From NCBI GenBank assembly GCA_030770535.1, contig JASVEC010000013.1, positions 992,001-1,056,000 on the forward strand: a stretch of DNA of 64,000 nucleotides. Reading direction: 5' to 3'. Below, piece by piece: positions 10,456-21,653 of the stretch. Made by a program: the position numbers and the translations under genes. The notes under the pieces are model-generated. The model was not told where the DNA came from. It did no database searches and saw only the letters and a program-made list of their open reading frames with translations. This stretch comes from Batkoa obscura (taxonomy: Eukaryota). Numbering within the stretch: position 1 is the first letter of the stretch; the number at the start of each line of letters is the position of its first letter.

Positions 10456-12291
10456 ATGCTGGAACAGACGCAAAATAAAAGAAGCAATGTTCAAGTTTTA
10501 AGAGTATCACATCTTTTAGACTCAAGGGGTTATTTGGTAAACTTAAAAGTGAGAAGTGATATCGATAGAAAGAGGGCAAGATTAGAAGCTTTAGAAGCTT
10601 TAGTTCTCAAATACACGATATTGTTTAAGAAAATTCAATTAGTTAATCCAAGCCAATCTTACCCATTCTATGCGTATTTAAAGTATATTTGTTCATATAT
10701 CCAACTACTAAATAGTCAACATGAAAAGTTAATATTTGATCCTTGCATTAAACAGCAACTTTATTGTTTTGAAAGTACAATAATAAATAGTCTAAAGAAG
10801 ATTGTTATATTCTATGATAACGATGATATTATAGTTGAAAAAAAGCTACCGCAAGTTTTAGGCCCTGATATTCAATCTTATGGTATTTTTTTAAAAAATG
10901 GTTTAAAATTATATATTCAAGCCTTTGATGTGTATAATTTACTGCTCACCAAACAACAACTATTTCAAATAATCACCAAAAAGGAACATAACTCTTTATC
11001 TTATGCTTTTATAGCCTTTTTAGCTCGTTTTACTGCTCCAAAAGATAACGCTAACTACCATCTTTTATATAAAAATAGTGTAAGAAACGCCCGTAGAGAG
11101 TTGATTGTTGCTTATAACACACCTACTTATGAAGATATAATCGCATTGCTTATGCTTTCACATATAAGTTTAACCACTTATTCGTCCCAGCTTGCTATTG
11201 TATATTTTAGTTCAGCTATCCGAATGGCACAGGTTTTAGGATATGATCAAGGTAATAAAGAGTTAGATATTAAGGATGAAACTATTGGTAAAGAGGGAAA
11301 AGAAAAGTTATGGGCTGTGTTAAGTTTCTATTATATGATATTTAGTACCATTTCAACCAACCTTCCACAATTGAGTCATTCTGCTTATTTTTCCAATATT
11401 AAGTTTCACTCGAAAAGTTTAGTAGCAACCAAAAATAAGGAAAACTTGGCTAATTATCCGTTTTATAAATGGCAAGAAAAACTATTTATTGGGGAATATA
11501 ATAAAGAATTAGTCGAAGTATTTTCAAAAATAACTTCTCATATTCAAACTATTAAACACTCTACTATGAGTAACAATGATTTAGCTACAATCACCTTAGA
11601 GCAATTAAGGCTTCCGCCTAGCCAATTTTATGTTATTTTAACCTCAATGCTAAACTTGGAAAAAAGATATCAATTAAATTTACATTTTGAAACCGAATTA
11701 CTCAAAGTAAATATCAATAACTCAACTAAAACTTTAGATTTAGCAACAATTGGTGAACTAGAGGTTGGAATCAATATTCATATACAAATGCTTTTGCAAC
11801 TGATTTTTATATTTTTATATTATCCTTTTGTATTAATTTATCCCAAACCGGTCATTTTTTCAAAAGAAGAGATCAACTTACTTTTCTGCTCGGCTAATTT
11901 AGTTACATTTTATTATCTAAGTACGTTTAAATTGTTTTATGCCCTATCTAAAAATGGAAGTACTATGGAGCTAGTGCTCCCTAAAACAAAAAAAGAAGAG
12001 TCTCATTTTCAATTACCTTTTTATTTTCATTCTATATTCATTATTTATGTTTACTTTACAATTATCGATCTATCAGAGTCTGGGTTTCACGAGATTGAAA
12101 CTGACATCATTGCTCAAAGTCAACAACATTCTTTATTTTTACTTATTATGTTAAAATCAGTCGCTGAATCTTCTGGAAAAAATCGTATGGATGCTTCGGA
12201 AGCTTTAACTCAATTATCAAATGTAATATCAAGGTTTCAGTTACCGAAAGTATTTGAAGACAAATTAGATTACTATGGAATAGTTTTTTAA
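10456..12291 (+). CDS. Fungal transcription-factor middle-homology-region-like protein without a Zn cluster
   Basis: About 611 aa from the first ATG; motifs IIALLMLS, SAIRMAQVLGY, KEKLWAVL and LYYP. Homologous to the 32-62 kb family. Confidence 0.7.
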   Translation: MLEQTQNKRSNVQVLRVSHLLDSRGYLVNLKVRSDIDRKRARLEALEALVLKYTILFKKIQLVNPSQSYPFYAYLKYICSYIQLLNSQHEKLIFDPCIKQQLYCFESTIINSLKKIVIFYDNDDIIVEKKLPQVLGPDIQSYGIFLKNGLKLYIQAFDVYNLLLTKQQLFQIITKKEHNSLSYAFIAFLARFTAPKDNANYHLLYKNSVRNARRELIVAYNTPTYEDIIALLMLSHISLTTYSSQLAIVYFSSAIRMAQVLGYDQGNKELDIKDETIGKEGKEKLWAVLSFYYMIFSTISTNLPQLSHSAYFSNIKFHSKSLVATKNKENLANYPFYKWQEKLFIGEYNKELVEVFSKITSHIQTIKHSTMSNNDLATITLEQLRLPPSQFYVILTSMLNLEKRYQLNLHFETELLKVNINNSTKTLDLATIGELEVGINIHIQMLLQLIFIFLYYPFVLIYPKPVIFSKEEINLLFCSANLVTFYYLSTFKLFYALSKNGSTMELVLPKTKKEESHFQLPFYFHSIFIIYVYFTIIDLSESGFHEIETDIIAQSQQHSLFLLIMLKSVAESSGKNRMDASEALTQLSNVISRFQLPKVFEDKLDYYGIVF

Positions 12292-12835
12292 TGTTCATTT
12301 TTATTAAATTGAACGTATTTTTATAGCAGAATGGTTTCTATTGTTTCAAATTAGAGTTTTTTCCTTTATTTAATCATCGAATAATGAAAAAATATATCAA
12401 TTGCTGCTATAAGGATTATTCAAAATGTACACAATTTTATTGCTCAAAACATTGTTTCCATATCAAAAGGAGCGACTCTATAGTCTAAATTAATACTAAC
12501 AATATGCCGATGGAAGGATGAAATTTAATTTATAACATTTATCCTGAATATTTGGTATCGGTAAATTAGATAAATCATAATTAAAAGAAATAAAACTTGA
12601 TTAATACTTAATGCGATTATTAAATTAAATGAATGATGTTCAAATCTAAAATAAACAACAAATAAATTCCATGTTTATTTTATTTTAACTTTACCCTATC
12701 CATAGACAGACATTTTATAATTTTAAAAAAATTTAGAATTAAAGTTGTATTAAATCAAGTTGATTTCATTGGACAGAGCTTGAATATAAGAAGGAAGTCA
12801 TCCAAGTAAGCCCTGTTTTTTAGCAGATTAAAAAA

Positions 12836-13991
12836 ATGAACCGAATTTTATTACCAAAAGTAAATGACTTACATGTGCACCTTCGTCAAGGCAAATTAAT
12901 GGAACTTGTTACTCCATTATTATCAGGTGGTGGTGTAGGCACTGTTTTTGTTATGGTAATTATTTTAAATCGTTACATACTTTTTATAATTTTTTATAGC
13001 CTAATTTACAACCACCTATTAAAAATACTCAAGAAGCTTTAGATTATAAGCAAAAACTTGTAAATATTGACCCTAGTATTAACTATTTGATGTCTTTGTA
13101 TTTATCTCCTGAACTTACTCCGGAAGAAATCAAAAAAGCTGCTAAAGCTGGTATAGCTGGTAATAATTTGATTGCTTATTTTATGTTTAATATTTTAATT
13201 TTATTTACTAATACTATCTACATAAAAAAGGAGTAAAATCATATCCAAGAGGAGTAACAACTAATAGTGATTCTGGTATTGAGTCTTATGAAACATATTA
13301 CCCAGTATTTAGAGCTATGGAAGAAGTAGATATGGTATTAAATCTCCATGGAGAAATTCCAAGTGACCCAGAAAAAGGTACCTGCATTTTAAATGCTGAA
13401 GAACGTTTTTTACAACACCTTGAAAAACTTCATGCCCAGTTTCCAAAGTTGCGTATTGTTCTTGAACATGCTACTACTAAAGCAGCAGTTGAAGCTGTTA
13501 AAAAATTAGGTGATACTGTAGGATGTACTATCACCGCCCATCACCTTGAATTGATTGTTGATGATTGGGCAGGGGCTGCACATCATTATTGTAAACCAGT
13601 AGCTAAATACCCTCACGATCGTTTAGCTTTACAAGAAGTTATTAGAGAAGGTCATCCTCGATTTTTCTTAGGCTCAGATTCTGCACCACATCCTAGACAT
13701 CGTAAGGAAGGCTCAGACCCTTGTGCAGCAGGTGTCTTTACTAGCCCTTATTTATTACCTTATTTAGCAACTCAATTTGAAAAATTAAATATGCTTGATC
13801 GATTAAAAGACTTTACTTCAAAGTTTGGTGCTGCGTTCTATAAACTTGAGGTAGGTAATGAAGAGGCTTTGACTTTAGTCAAAGAGTCATCGAAAGTACC
13901 TCAACAATTTACATATAATGATGATGAAGGTGTTGAGCGAGGTGTTGTACCATTTAGAGCAGGAGTTGAGCTTAATTGGAAGCTTCTCTAA
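12836..13991 (+). CDS. URA4: Dihydroorotase; exons 12836-12955, 13000-13159 and 13231-13991
   Basis: DLHVHLRQG, VM|PNL, GVKSYPRGVTTNS, LHGE, LEHATT, CKPVAK and GSDSAPH. Two GT-AG introns restore the frame. Confidence 0.93.
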
Positions 13992-14879
13992 GTTTCTATC
14001 TCCATGTATAAAAAATATGTAGAGCTATATTTGCAGTACCTTAATATTTTTTTAAGATAATTATCGTTACATATTTTATTATACAGATTAAAAAATATTG
14101 AATTTTAAAACGATTTTTATAATTATTTTAACATTACATTTTAATCTTTCTTTAATATCTTGAAGGAATCAGGCTCCCAAGTGGTTTATTGTTGGAAGCA
14201 AGCAAAGGTATAAAGAACCTGATTGAACATTTTGATTTTTTTGATTTTTCTAAACGCACTTTTGTGTTTGATAAAGCATTAACTCTATCTCGAAAAAAGA
14301 GTATTATATCTAAGATACAGAAAGGGTACTTTAATTATTGCACTTGGGAGTAGAGATGGAGAGCCTTATATTCAGGATTTGTTCCTTAAATTATAGAAAA
14401 ATTGATATCCCATCTTTTAAATATTTACTCTTAGTTTCGAAATAAATTATGATTGTTATATTTGTATAAGATCTAAATAATAATTGTTAGAAAAATTATT
14501 GGTTGAAAAAGAAGGGATACAAATTAGAGGGCTCGGTTTTATATAAATTTTTTTAAATTAATTTAAACTTGAGTTCGCTTTTTACAAAGTATACTTTTGA
14601 TAACATGATATTTGAGAGAAATTAATTTGTTGTTATGAAAATTTCGGATGCACAAAATTTATAGAATTTTGTTATTTATTAGCTTTAAAATTATCTATAA
14701 TACGACCCTGATAGATATACTCAAAGTAATGATCTTTGTTTAAAAGGAATGTAGTTTATTTATTACTCAAATTTAATGAATGATTTATGTAATCATATTC
14801 CTATAAAGCTAAATCTAGGGTATAAAATATGTGGATTGCATTCGTATATAATTAATTAATCTTTCTAAAATAATACTTT

Positions 14880-15330
14880 GAACAAATACGCAATTTTCAT
14901 AATTTACTTTCTGAAATTTTTTTATTAAGTATTTTATACAGTTTTTTAAATCTGGATGAAATATATCACTTTAATATATTAAAAGAACCAAATGATCTTT
15001 TTTTATTTTTACATTAATCCTGTTCCTTATTAACCGATATTAAATCACAGTATAATAGATTACTTTTCAAGTCTTAGTCCTTTGTTGTGTTTTGTTAGCG
15101 TATGTGTTACAGCGCTATGGTGTGTAATGTCTATTAACCATTTGAATAAAGTAAGTTACTTTTAGTATATCAAAAAACTGAGAAATTCACTCAATTTTTT
15201 AAAATACATATCGGAATTCTGTTTTTTTTATCTAGCATTATAATATATACGCTTTAATTGATTTGAGTTTAGGATATTACTTTATTAGTTCTTTTTATTT
15301 CAAATTTAATTTTAGAACCAGGATAGAAAA
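14880..15330 (+). pseudogene. Possible heavily decayed member of the TF-middle-region-like family
   Basis: Fragments LDEIYHFNILKEPNDLF and VTALWCVMSINHLNKVSYFLVYQKTEKFTQFF loosely parallel KEPxxL / VVALGLLS / RMAQ, with many stops. Confidence 0.25.
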
Positions 15331-16886
15331 TGACCTATTTAATATTAGTTGTAAATAAATCATTACAGGAACTTAAAATATTTTATTTTACTGTTATGGA
15401 CATCAAGTTTATTATATAAATTTCTTAAAATTTATAAAAAATTTTAGACACCTTTGGCTAAAGGTGTAATGTTTTTAATACATGAAGTATTATTAACAAT
15501 ACTTACAAAAAGGAGCTTTTTATGAACCTTATATTATTGATTTATTTTTAGAAGTATTTTACTTTTTAATTTATCTACTTTAGTGATATTTTTTTAATCA
15601 ATTTAACGTACGTGATAATATATTCAAATCATTTGATTTAAAAAACAATATTTTTATTCATCAAGAAATTATAAGAAAAACACATACAGTGCATCCAGAC
15701 CGTGGGCTCCTTAGAAAGTAAATTTGAGTTAATTATTTATTTTGCTCATTAATCCCCCTTTAAAGGAATCAGAATATCTATGGTTATAGGGAAAATAAAA
15801 CCAATAACTTAGATCATAAATGAGCATGCCTATTTTTTGTAAAATTAACATGAGATAAATAATACTTTTGGTAATTTAGGCGAAGACTTATATATTCTTC
15901 ATTTTATAAGGTAGCTACTAGACATTATTTTTTATAAAAATTTATAACCAATTTATGTACTTCTTATACTATTTGAAAATTAAGATAAAAGCTTAATAAG
16001 TATCGTCTATTGTTTAAAATAACAACAGCCGTTTATTATATTTATTTTATACTTGTTTGTTAGTTTAATGATCCTAGAAATAATTTGAATAGCAAAATTC
16101 TCTAAATCTAATTTAAACAATTCATTAAAATTATTTACGCAAATTCCTATTTTTAGGAATAAAGTTGCCCCTTAGGCTTATTGGTTGTCTTTTAATTACC
16201 GATATAGTACAAATAATGCCAAATTTGATCATTTTTTGCAGAAAGGTTGAGCGTCACTTTCCATTTTGGTCAAATTAGTTCTTTTAAACATTTTTCAAGC
16301 ATCTATATCATAGTAACGCTTAATCTTAACTATTGTTTGTACTATTAAACACCTTAGATTAAGCTCAAGATGCTTTTAGAGATAAAAGCACTTTAAATAT
16401 TCTAAATAACAACATGTATTTAACAAATTAAGTCAAAGTTTATTCCACCATCAAATAGTTTTATTTACATTCAGTTAAAGAATAAGGTTTGAATTAACTT
16501 AAAATTGATACCATTTGGTATGGTTTTACAATATTTAAATTCTATTCCTATAAAGCTATATTTCTATTGCTTTGATCTGAATATTCGAGTTTGATTTACA
16601 CCTGAACTAATATAGTGCTACTCCCTATTTAAGGCAGGTTTAATCAGAGTTGTATAATAATTTACCCTTTCTTTTGTATTGAATTTTAGTACAGTTTTTA
16701 TTAATATATTGCTTAGAAGGCCAAATTGTGTGCGAATAAAAATAGTAAACCTGTCCAATTTAACTATTTAGCCTACAAAAATTCTGCTATAAATGTGATT
16801 TTCTTAATATATAAATAATTGAGTTGGCAACTCCAAGTATATAAAGCGCTTTTTTACAGCTTTTGTTTTATACTTTTTTTATCTAT

Positions 16887-17537
16887 ATGAGTACTACTAC
16901 TGCCTTAGAGCCCGGGGCAAATACAGCTTATAAAAGAGAAGAGGATACTGATAATTGGACCCGGACAGATAAAAACATTATTCGCGTAAGTGAAGTCGAT
17001 ACTAAAAACCCGGTCTATGATTACACAAATGAGCTCTATAACGACTTCCAGAGACGACACAGCATTCTTTTAAGTTATTACAATGAAATTAATAGCGAGC
17101 TAGGGAAATCTAATGCTTTGTTTATATACTTTTGTCGAGTATTTGGAGATATCTACCCATACATGAAATATTATCAATCTAAAGATGATATTTATACTGG
17201 AACAAGTCCCTTGGATCAAATGCTTATTAACAAGTTTTATTTGATCCCCAATACAAACATAACTACCATAATATGTACTCATGATTTGGATTTTTTGAAG
17301 AAAAATAGTAACGAACCATACCATATGCTTCCTCTCTTGATCATGGCGCTTCTGGTTTTACATTACACCCCTAATATTAAACTAAACGAAGAACTACCAA
17401 ACTACCTACATCGCATAAGAAATATAGCTAGGAAAGTTCTTTTATTACTAAAAGAAAAGAAATTAAGCTATACTAATTATTATTACCTTGACATCGCCAA
17501 AGACTTATTTTATCATCTTCCTGTTTCATTATATTAA
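16887..17537 (+). CDS. Hypothetical 216-aa protein, probably a short distant member of the TF-middle-region-like family
   Basis: Open frame with a TATA-like tatataaag ~45 bp upstream. NEPYHMLPLLIMALLVLHYTP and RIRNIARKVL parallel KEPTTLSYTLIALFARFTLP and SVRNARREL. Confidence 0.55.
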   Translation: MSTTTALEPGANTAYKREEDTDNWTRTDKNIIRVSEVDTKNPVYDYTNELYNDFQRRHSILLSYYNEINSELGKSNALFIYFCRVFGDIYPYMKYYQSKDDIYTGTSPLDQMLINKFYLIPNTNITTIICTHDLDFLKKNSNEPYHMLPLLIMALLVLHYTPNIKLNEELPNYLHRIRNIARKVLLLLKEKKLSYTNYYYLDIAKDLFYHLPVSLY

Positions 17538-17987
17538 TTTTCAATTAACTGTATAGTTCAATAAAAATGTATATTAATTAGTTTTAAGAATATACTGTTC
17601 TATTTTTCCATGTTTCATAAATGCTTTTTCATCAATTTATTAAAATAATTAAAGGCTGTTATGGTTTAAAGTAGATAAAACGGTTAAATTAAAGCGAATT
17701 TCTAATTATGGTTTTTAATTTATCTATAATTACTATTCCTTCTTTAATAAGGATAATTTTCTAGGGAGGTGACTTTAATGTTCTAACAATACCCCGAGAA
17801 TTTCTCCATTCTAGCCTCTCTGGGTTTATACTTCTATTATAATAATATTATTATTTACTATGAAAACATTATTATTACAGCCTAAATTGTACCCTTGATT
17901 TTACATCTGTTATAAATTTTATCTTATTAAGAGTTTTAAGATCTAAGTTTAAACTAACATAATATATTAATACTTATTGTTATTCCC

Positions 17988-18094
17988 ATATGGGGAAGTA
18001 TTTTTTTGTTTAAGGATTTTACTAACAATCTTTCCGCTCAAATACCGCTTAAAAGATGGAAAAAGTGATGAAACCAGAAAAAACATCCCCATAT
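17988..18094 (-). mobile_element. Family A MITE
   Basis: ATAT-GGGGAAGTA...ACATCCCC-ATAT. Confidence 0.9.
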
Positions 18095-18879
18095 CAATGA
18101 TGATTTGAATGAAATATAGTTTAAATTGTAAACTTTACAATAAATCGTTCTTTAATAGTTTTTATTTTAAGTATAAAACTAATTAATGTTATATAGATAA
18201 GCGATATGAAATATTTAATGAAAACTTCAATACTCTATAAAAAATCTTTAATTAGTTATAATTAAAGTAAAGGTTTTCGTTATTAATTTTTCAAAATGTT
18301 GTAAACTAATATTGGGAACACAACAAAAATAATCTTTTTTAAAAAAAATAGGTTTATTTTTTATTCAATAAATCATAAACTATTGATTTCTATAATAAAT
18401 GTATCATCGTATAATTAAACTATCAACTAGTTACTAAATACATATAAAACTAAAAAAAAACTTTACTCTGATTTAAATAAAATAAAATAAAATAAAATGA
18501 CATTCTTACATAGTGTATTTAAAAGTATCATAAAGTCTTACCTTGATGAAAAATTTAAGGTATTAAGGCTACTTGCGAAAATCAGCTTATTTACTTACAT
18601 TCTATTACTTTTGGATAAAAAGATATCATCGAAAAGTAAAGGGATTGAGTGTTTTAGCTCATAACCTAAACAATAATGATATATTTTAAAGAGTTGTTAA
18701 AAGCCAAGTGATATCCTACATTGATTAATGGAATTAATCTGGTTACTAAAGTGCTGATTTTTGACATCACATCGTTTACACTTTAAGCAAAGCCTGAATG
18801 ACAATAGTATAAATACTACATGGTTATAACTATAAATTAAATAAATTAAATCAATAAATTGTGTGTTGAGTGGGTTATA

Positions 18880-19730
18880 TATAAAAATCCAATTTTTAAT
18901 AGTTATTGATTCTGAGAAATATTTTAGTTTTAGTCAACTTTTATTTTTTATTAAATATGGGGAAGTATTTTTTTGTTTAAGAATTTTACTAATAGCTTTT
19001 CCACTCAAATAGCACTTAAAAAATATAAAAAATATAAAAAATATAAAAAATATAAAAAATATAAGAAATAATGAAATCAAAAAAAAAACCCATATAGATA
19101 TCTGAATTAGTATAAAGTGATGATAACGAGCAATAAAGTAAACAATTAGATCAAAAATTTATCTTTTATTTATGAGCAAGATACTTATAAAAATAGTCTA
19201 GTAAAAAAATTAATGAATTGATTTAAAGAGCTCTAAAAGAATTCAAAGGGTATAAATTATTTGTTCAATCTCAAGCCTATTAACTTGAAAATTGTAGAGT
19301 AACGTTGCCCTCTGATTTTCATATAAAAACTATGATTATTTTGTTCTAAATGGAAATAAATTGTTACTATTAGATTCCATAATATACTTATCGCCCCAAC
19401 TCCCTGGACTATCATCCAAAGGTTATTACTAAAAGGAGTATGACAACATTATAAATATATGGAAGTTAGTCAACTTAGGAGTTTGATAGAAATATTTAAA
19501 AAAATGCCTATTATCAGCTATTAGATAATTCCACTAATTTTATAACTGTGACTTGCTTCTCGATCAATCTATCATCTAATGACGTATCGAATAAAATATA
19601 TAGTAAATCATTATATCATTAATCGGTTAAGTTTGTAGATTTTATAAAATTATCTCTTGATTTGGAATTTGGGTTTATAGATTCGAAATCTACTTTTAAA
19701 AAAATCAAAGTTTTTTCCCTCTTACAGACC
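18880..19730 (+). pseudogene. Decayed copy of divergent subfamily B (TF-middle-region-like); 5' boundary uncertain
   Basis: LLLLDSIIYLSPQ...EYDNIINIWKLVN and VKFVDFIKLSLDLEFGFIDSKSTF align with the 30.3-32.1 kb and 52.5-54.7 kb copies. Confidence 0.6.
18955..19095 (-). mobile_element. Family A MITE with an internal AAAAATATA-type tandem expansion
   Basis: ATAT-GGGGAAGTA...ACCC-ATAT, lengthened by tandem units at ~19018-19063. Confidence 0.85.
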
Positions 19731-20439
19731 TTTACTATATTTCCTTATACTACCACTACTATATTACTTATGTCAATTAAATAACTTTTATTTATATTTC
19801 GTGTTTATATTCATTTTGTCCTTGTCTTTATATTTATGCTCTATTTGTCACTAATTTAATTTTTTAGGCCTTTGTTCTTTGTTTAACTTACCTCTAATTT
19901 ATAGTCCGTTATTTTATTATATAACTGGTTGCTATCAATGAAATAAGTACTGTTGTCTTATTGTTTTATTTTTGTTATTTTTATTGTTATTTTCATTACT
20001 ATTTTTATAACATCGGCTTTAATATGATGGATCTTTTGAAAAGTACAATATAAATTTTACATAATATTTACTAGAAAAAGACTGCCATGGTTAAAGATGA
20101 TTTAAGTAACTCTTATTTAAATATTAACAAAATAACTTTGTAATACTAACATATCTTCTATCACTTTATAAAGTATATTTAAAATTTATTTCGTTATTAA
20201 AATCCGTTTTGAAGATAGCAAAGCTTTTAATAGTGACCTTTCTAATTGAAATTTGTTTAAATGGTTTTTTTATAAACTATTGTAAAAGTACTAAAGTAAG
20301 CTTACTTTAAATAATTTACAACGATTGTTAAGCCCACATGAAATTTTAAAGCTTATCGTATAATAGTATTTATAAAATATTTATCATTTGATTTTATATT
20401 AAATAAATTTTATATAAACCATGACATTTTTAAATACAT

Positions 20440-21310
20440 TTTCTTATCTTTTTTCAAAAATAGAATAATCTCTTATCAGTTTGATAAAAATAAAACTAGC
20501 ATTTAAAACTAAACCAGAGTATGCTAAAGATAGACTACATAATGATTTATTTTACTAGATATTACTATAATATACAAACAGACATTAAAGTTTAGAAGAG
20601 CGGAGTAAGTTCTTATAAGTTTCATTATAAACTTAACTTTTTTTTACACTTATTATCGCTTTCAATTCTTTATCAAAATTGATAAAAATAAGGGGGCTTA
20701 GTTTTTTAAGGAATCAAAGGTTTGATTTTTAAAACTATGAGCGACGGAAGTCACAGCCAAAAAAATATTTTATTAATTTTTCCATTGACTTTACCACTAT
20801 GAATAATAGTGACTCTTAATGTTATGATAATAAAATGAATAATAATATTATCAAATAAAATGAATGATAAAGAGAGGTAACAGTCTATTCACAACATGAT
20901 TTTAATTTAAAATACCATTTTGCCTTTTTTAGTAAGGTTCCTAGACATCCTGATGATGTCAAATGAAATCAAAAAGTAATTTATTGATAAGCTTTGCCAT
21001 TTGAAAAGTAATTTTTTTTCTCCACTTTGCTTAAAATGAATTCGGGTCTTTTACATTTATGCAATTAGAATAAAATAATTCTTCTACTTTAACTTTAAAA
21101 TATGATTTAATTTATAACAACTTGGACCAATAATGTTAGTGCTTAACCACCTTAAACAATAGCGTGACTGCTATCCTAAGTTTATTTATCAAATGTCAAA
21201 CATAATTTCTACTTGATTAGATTATTTTCATCTTGTTATCTAATCAAAAAGTCACATATATTTCAATTGAAGATTTAAAAAATTGATAAAGATTAAAATT
21301 ATCAAGTATG
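20440..21310. promoter_or_regulatory. Cluster of GATAA sites upstream of GLT1 (putative GATA-factor nitrogen control region)
   Basis: About 14 GATAA/TTATC occurrences counted by eye in ~870 bp, including several GATAAG; TGACTC near 20810. Confidence 0.4.
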
Positions 21311-21653
21311 GGGATATAAATATGGCTTAAAGTAGAGAGATTCTAACTAACATATAATTCGATTTATTTAATTTATATCATAAAAGGTAACAAAACATAC
21401 ATTATTTAATAGTTTATATCTAATTTAACAAATATCAACAGTTTAATATACTTATTTTAAACATGGTACTAAATCCAATCAAAGAATTTATGATGAAACA
21501 AAATGCATAAGTTTATGCTTGACCTCAATACTATAAAAGCTAAAAAAGTCATAATCCAAACTTTTATTTCATTCTATTTATCTTTAACCATTATCCTACT
21601 TTCAAAAATAAAAATAAAAAGTTACTAAACTGTGTTATTATTAGTTATATAAA

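Noticed and set aside
21387..21441. Possible GT-AG 5'-UTR intron or second promoter of GLT1
   Set aside because: Such signals are common in AT-rich DNA and a closer TATA-like box exists near 21532. It cannot be tested without cDNA.
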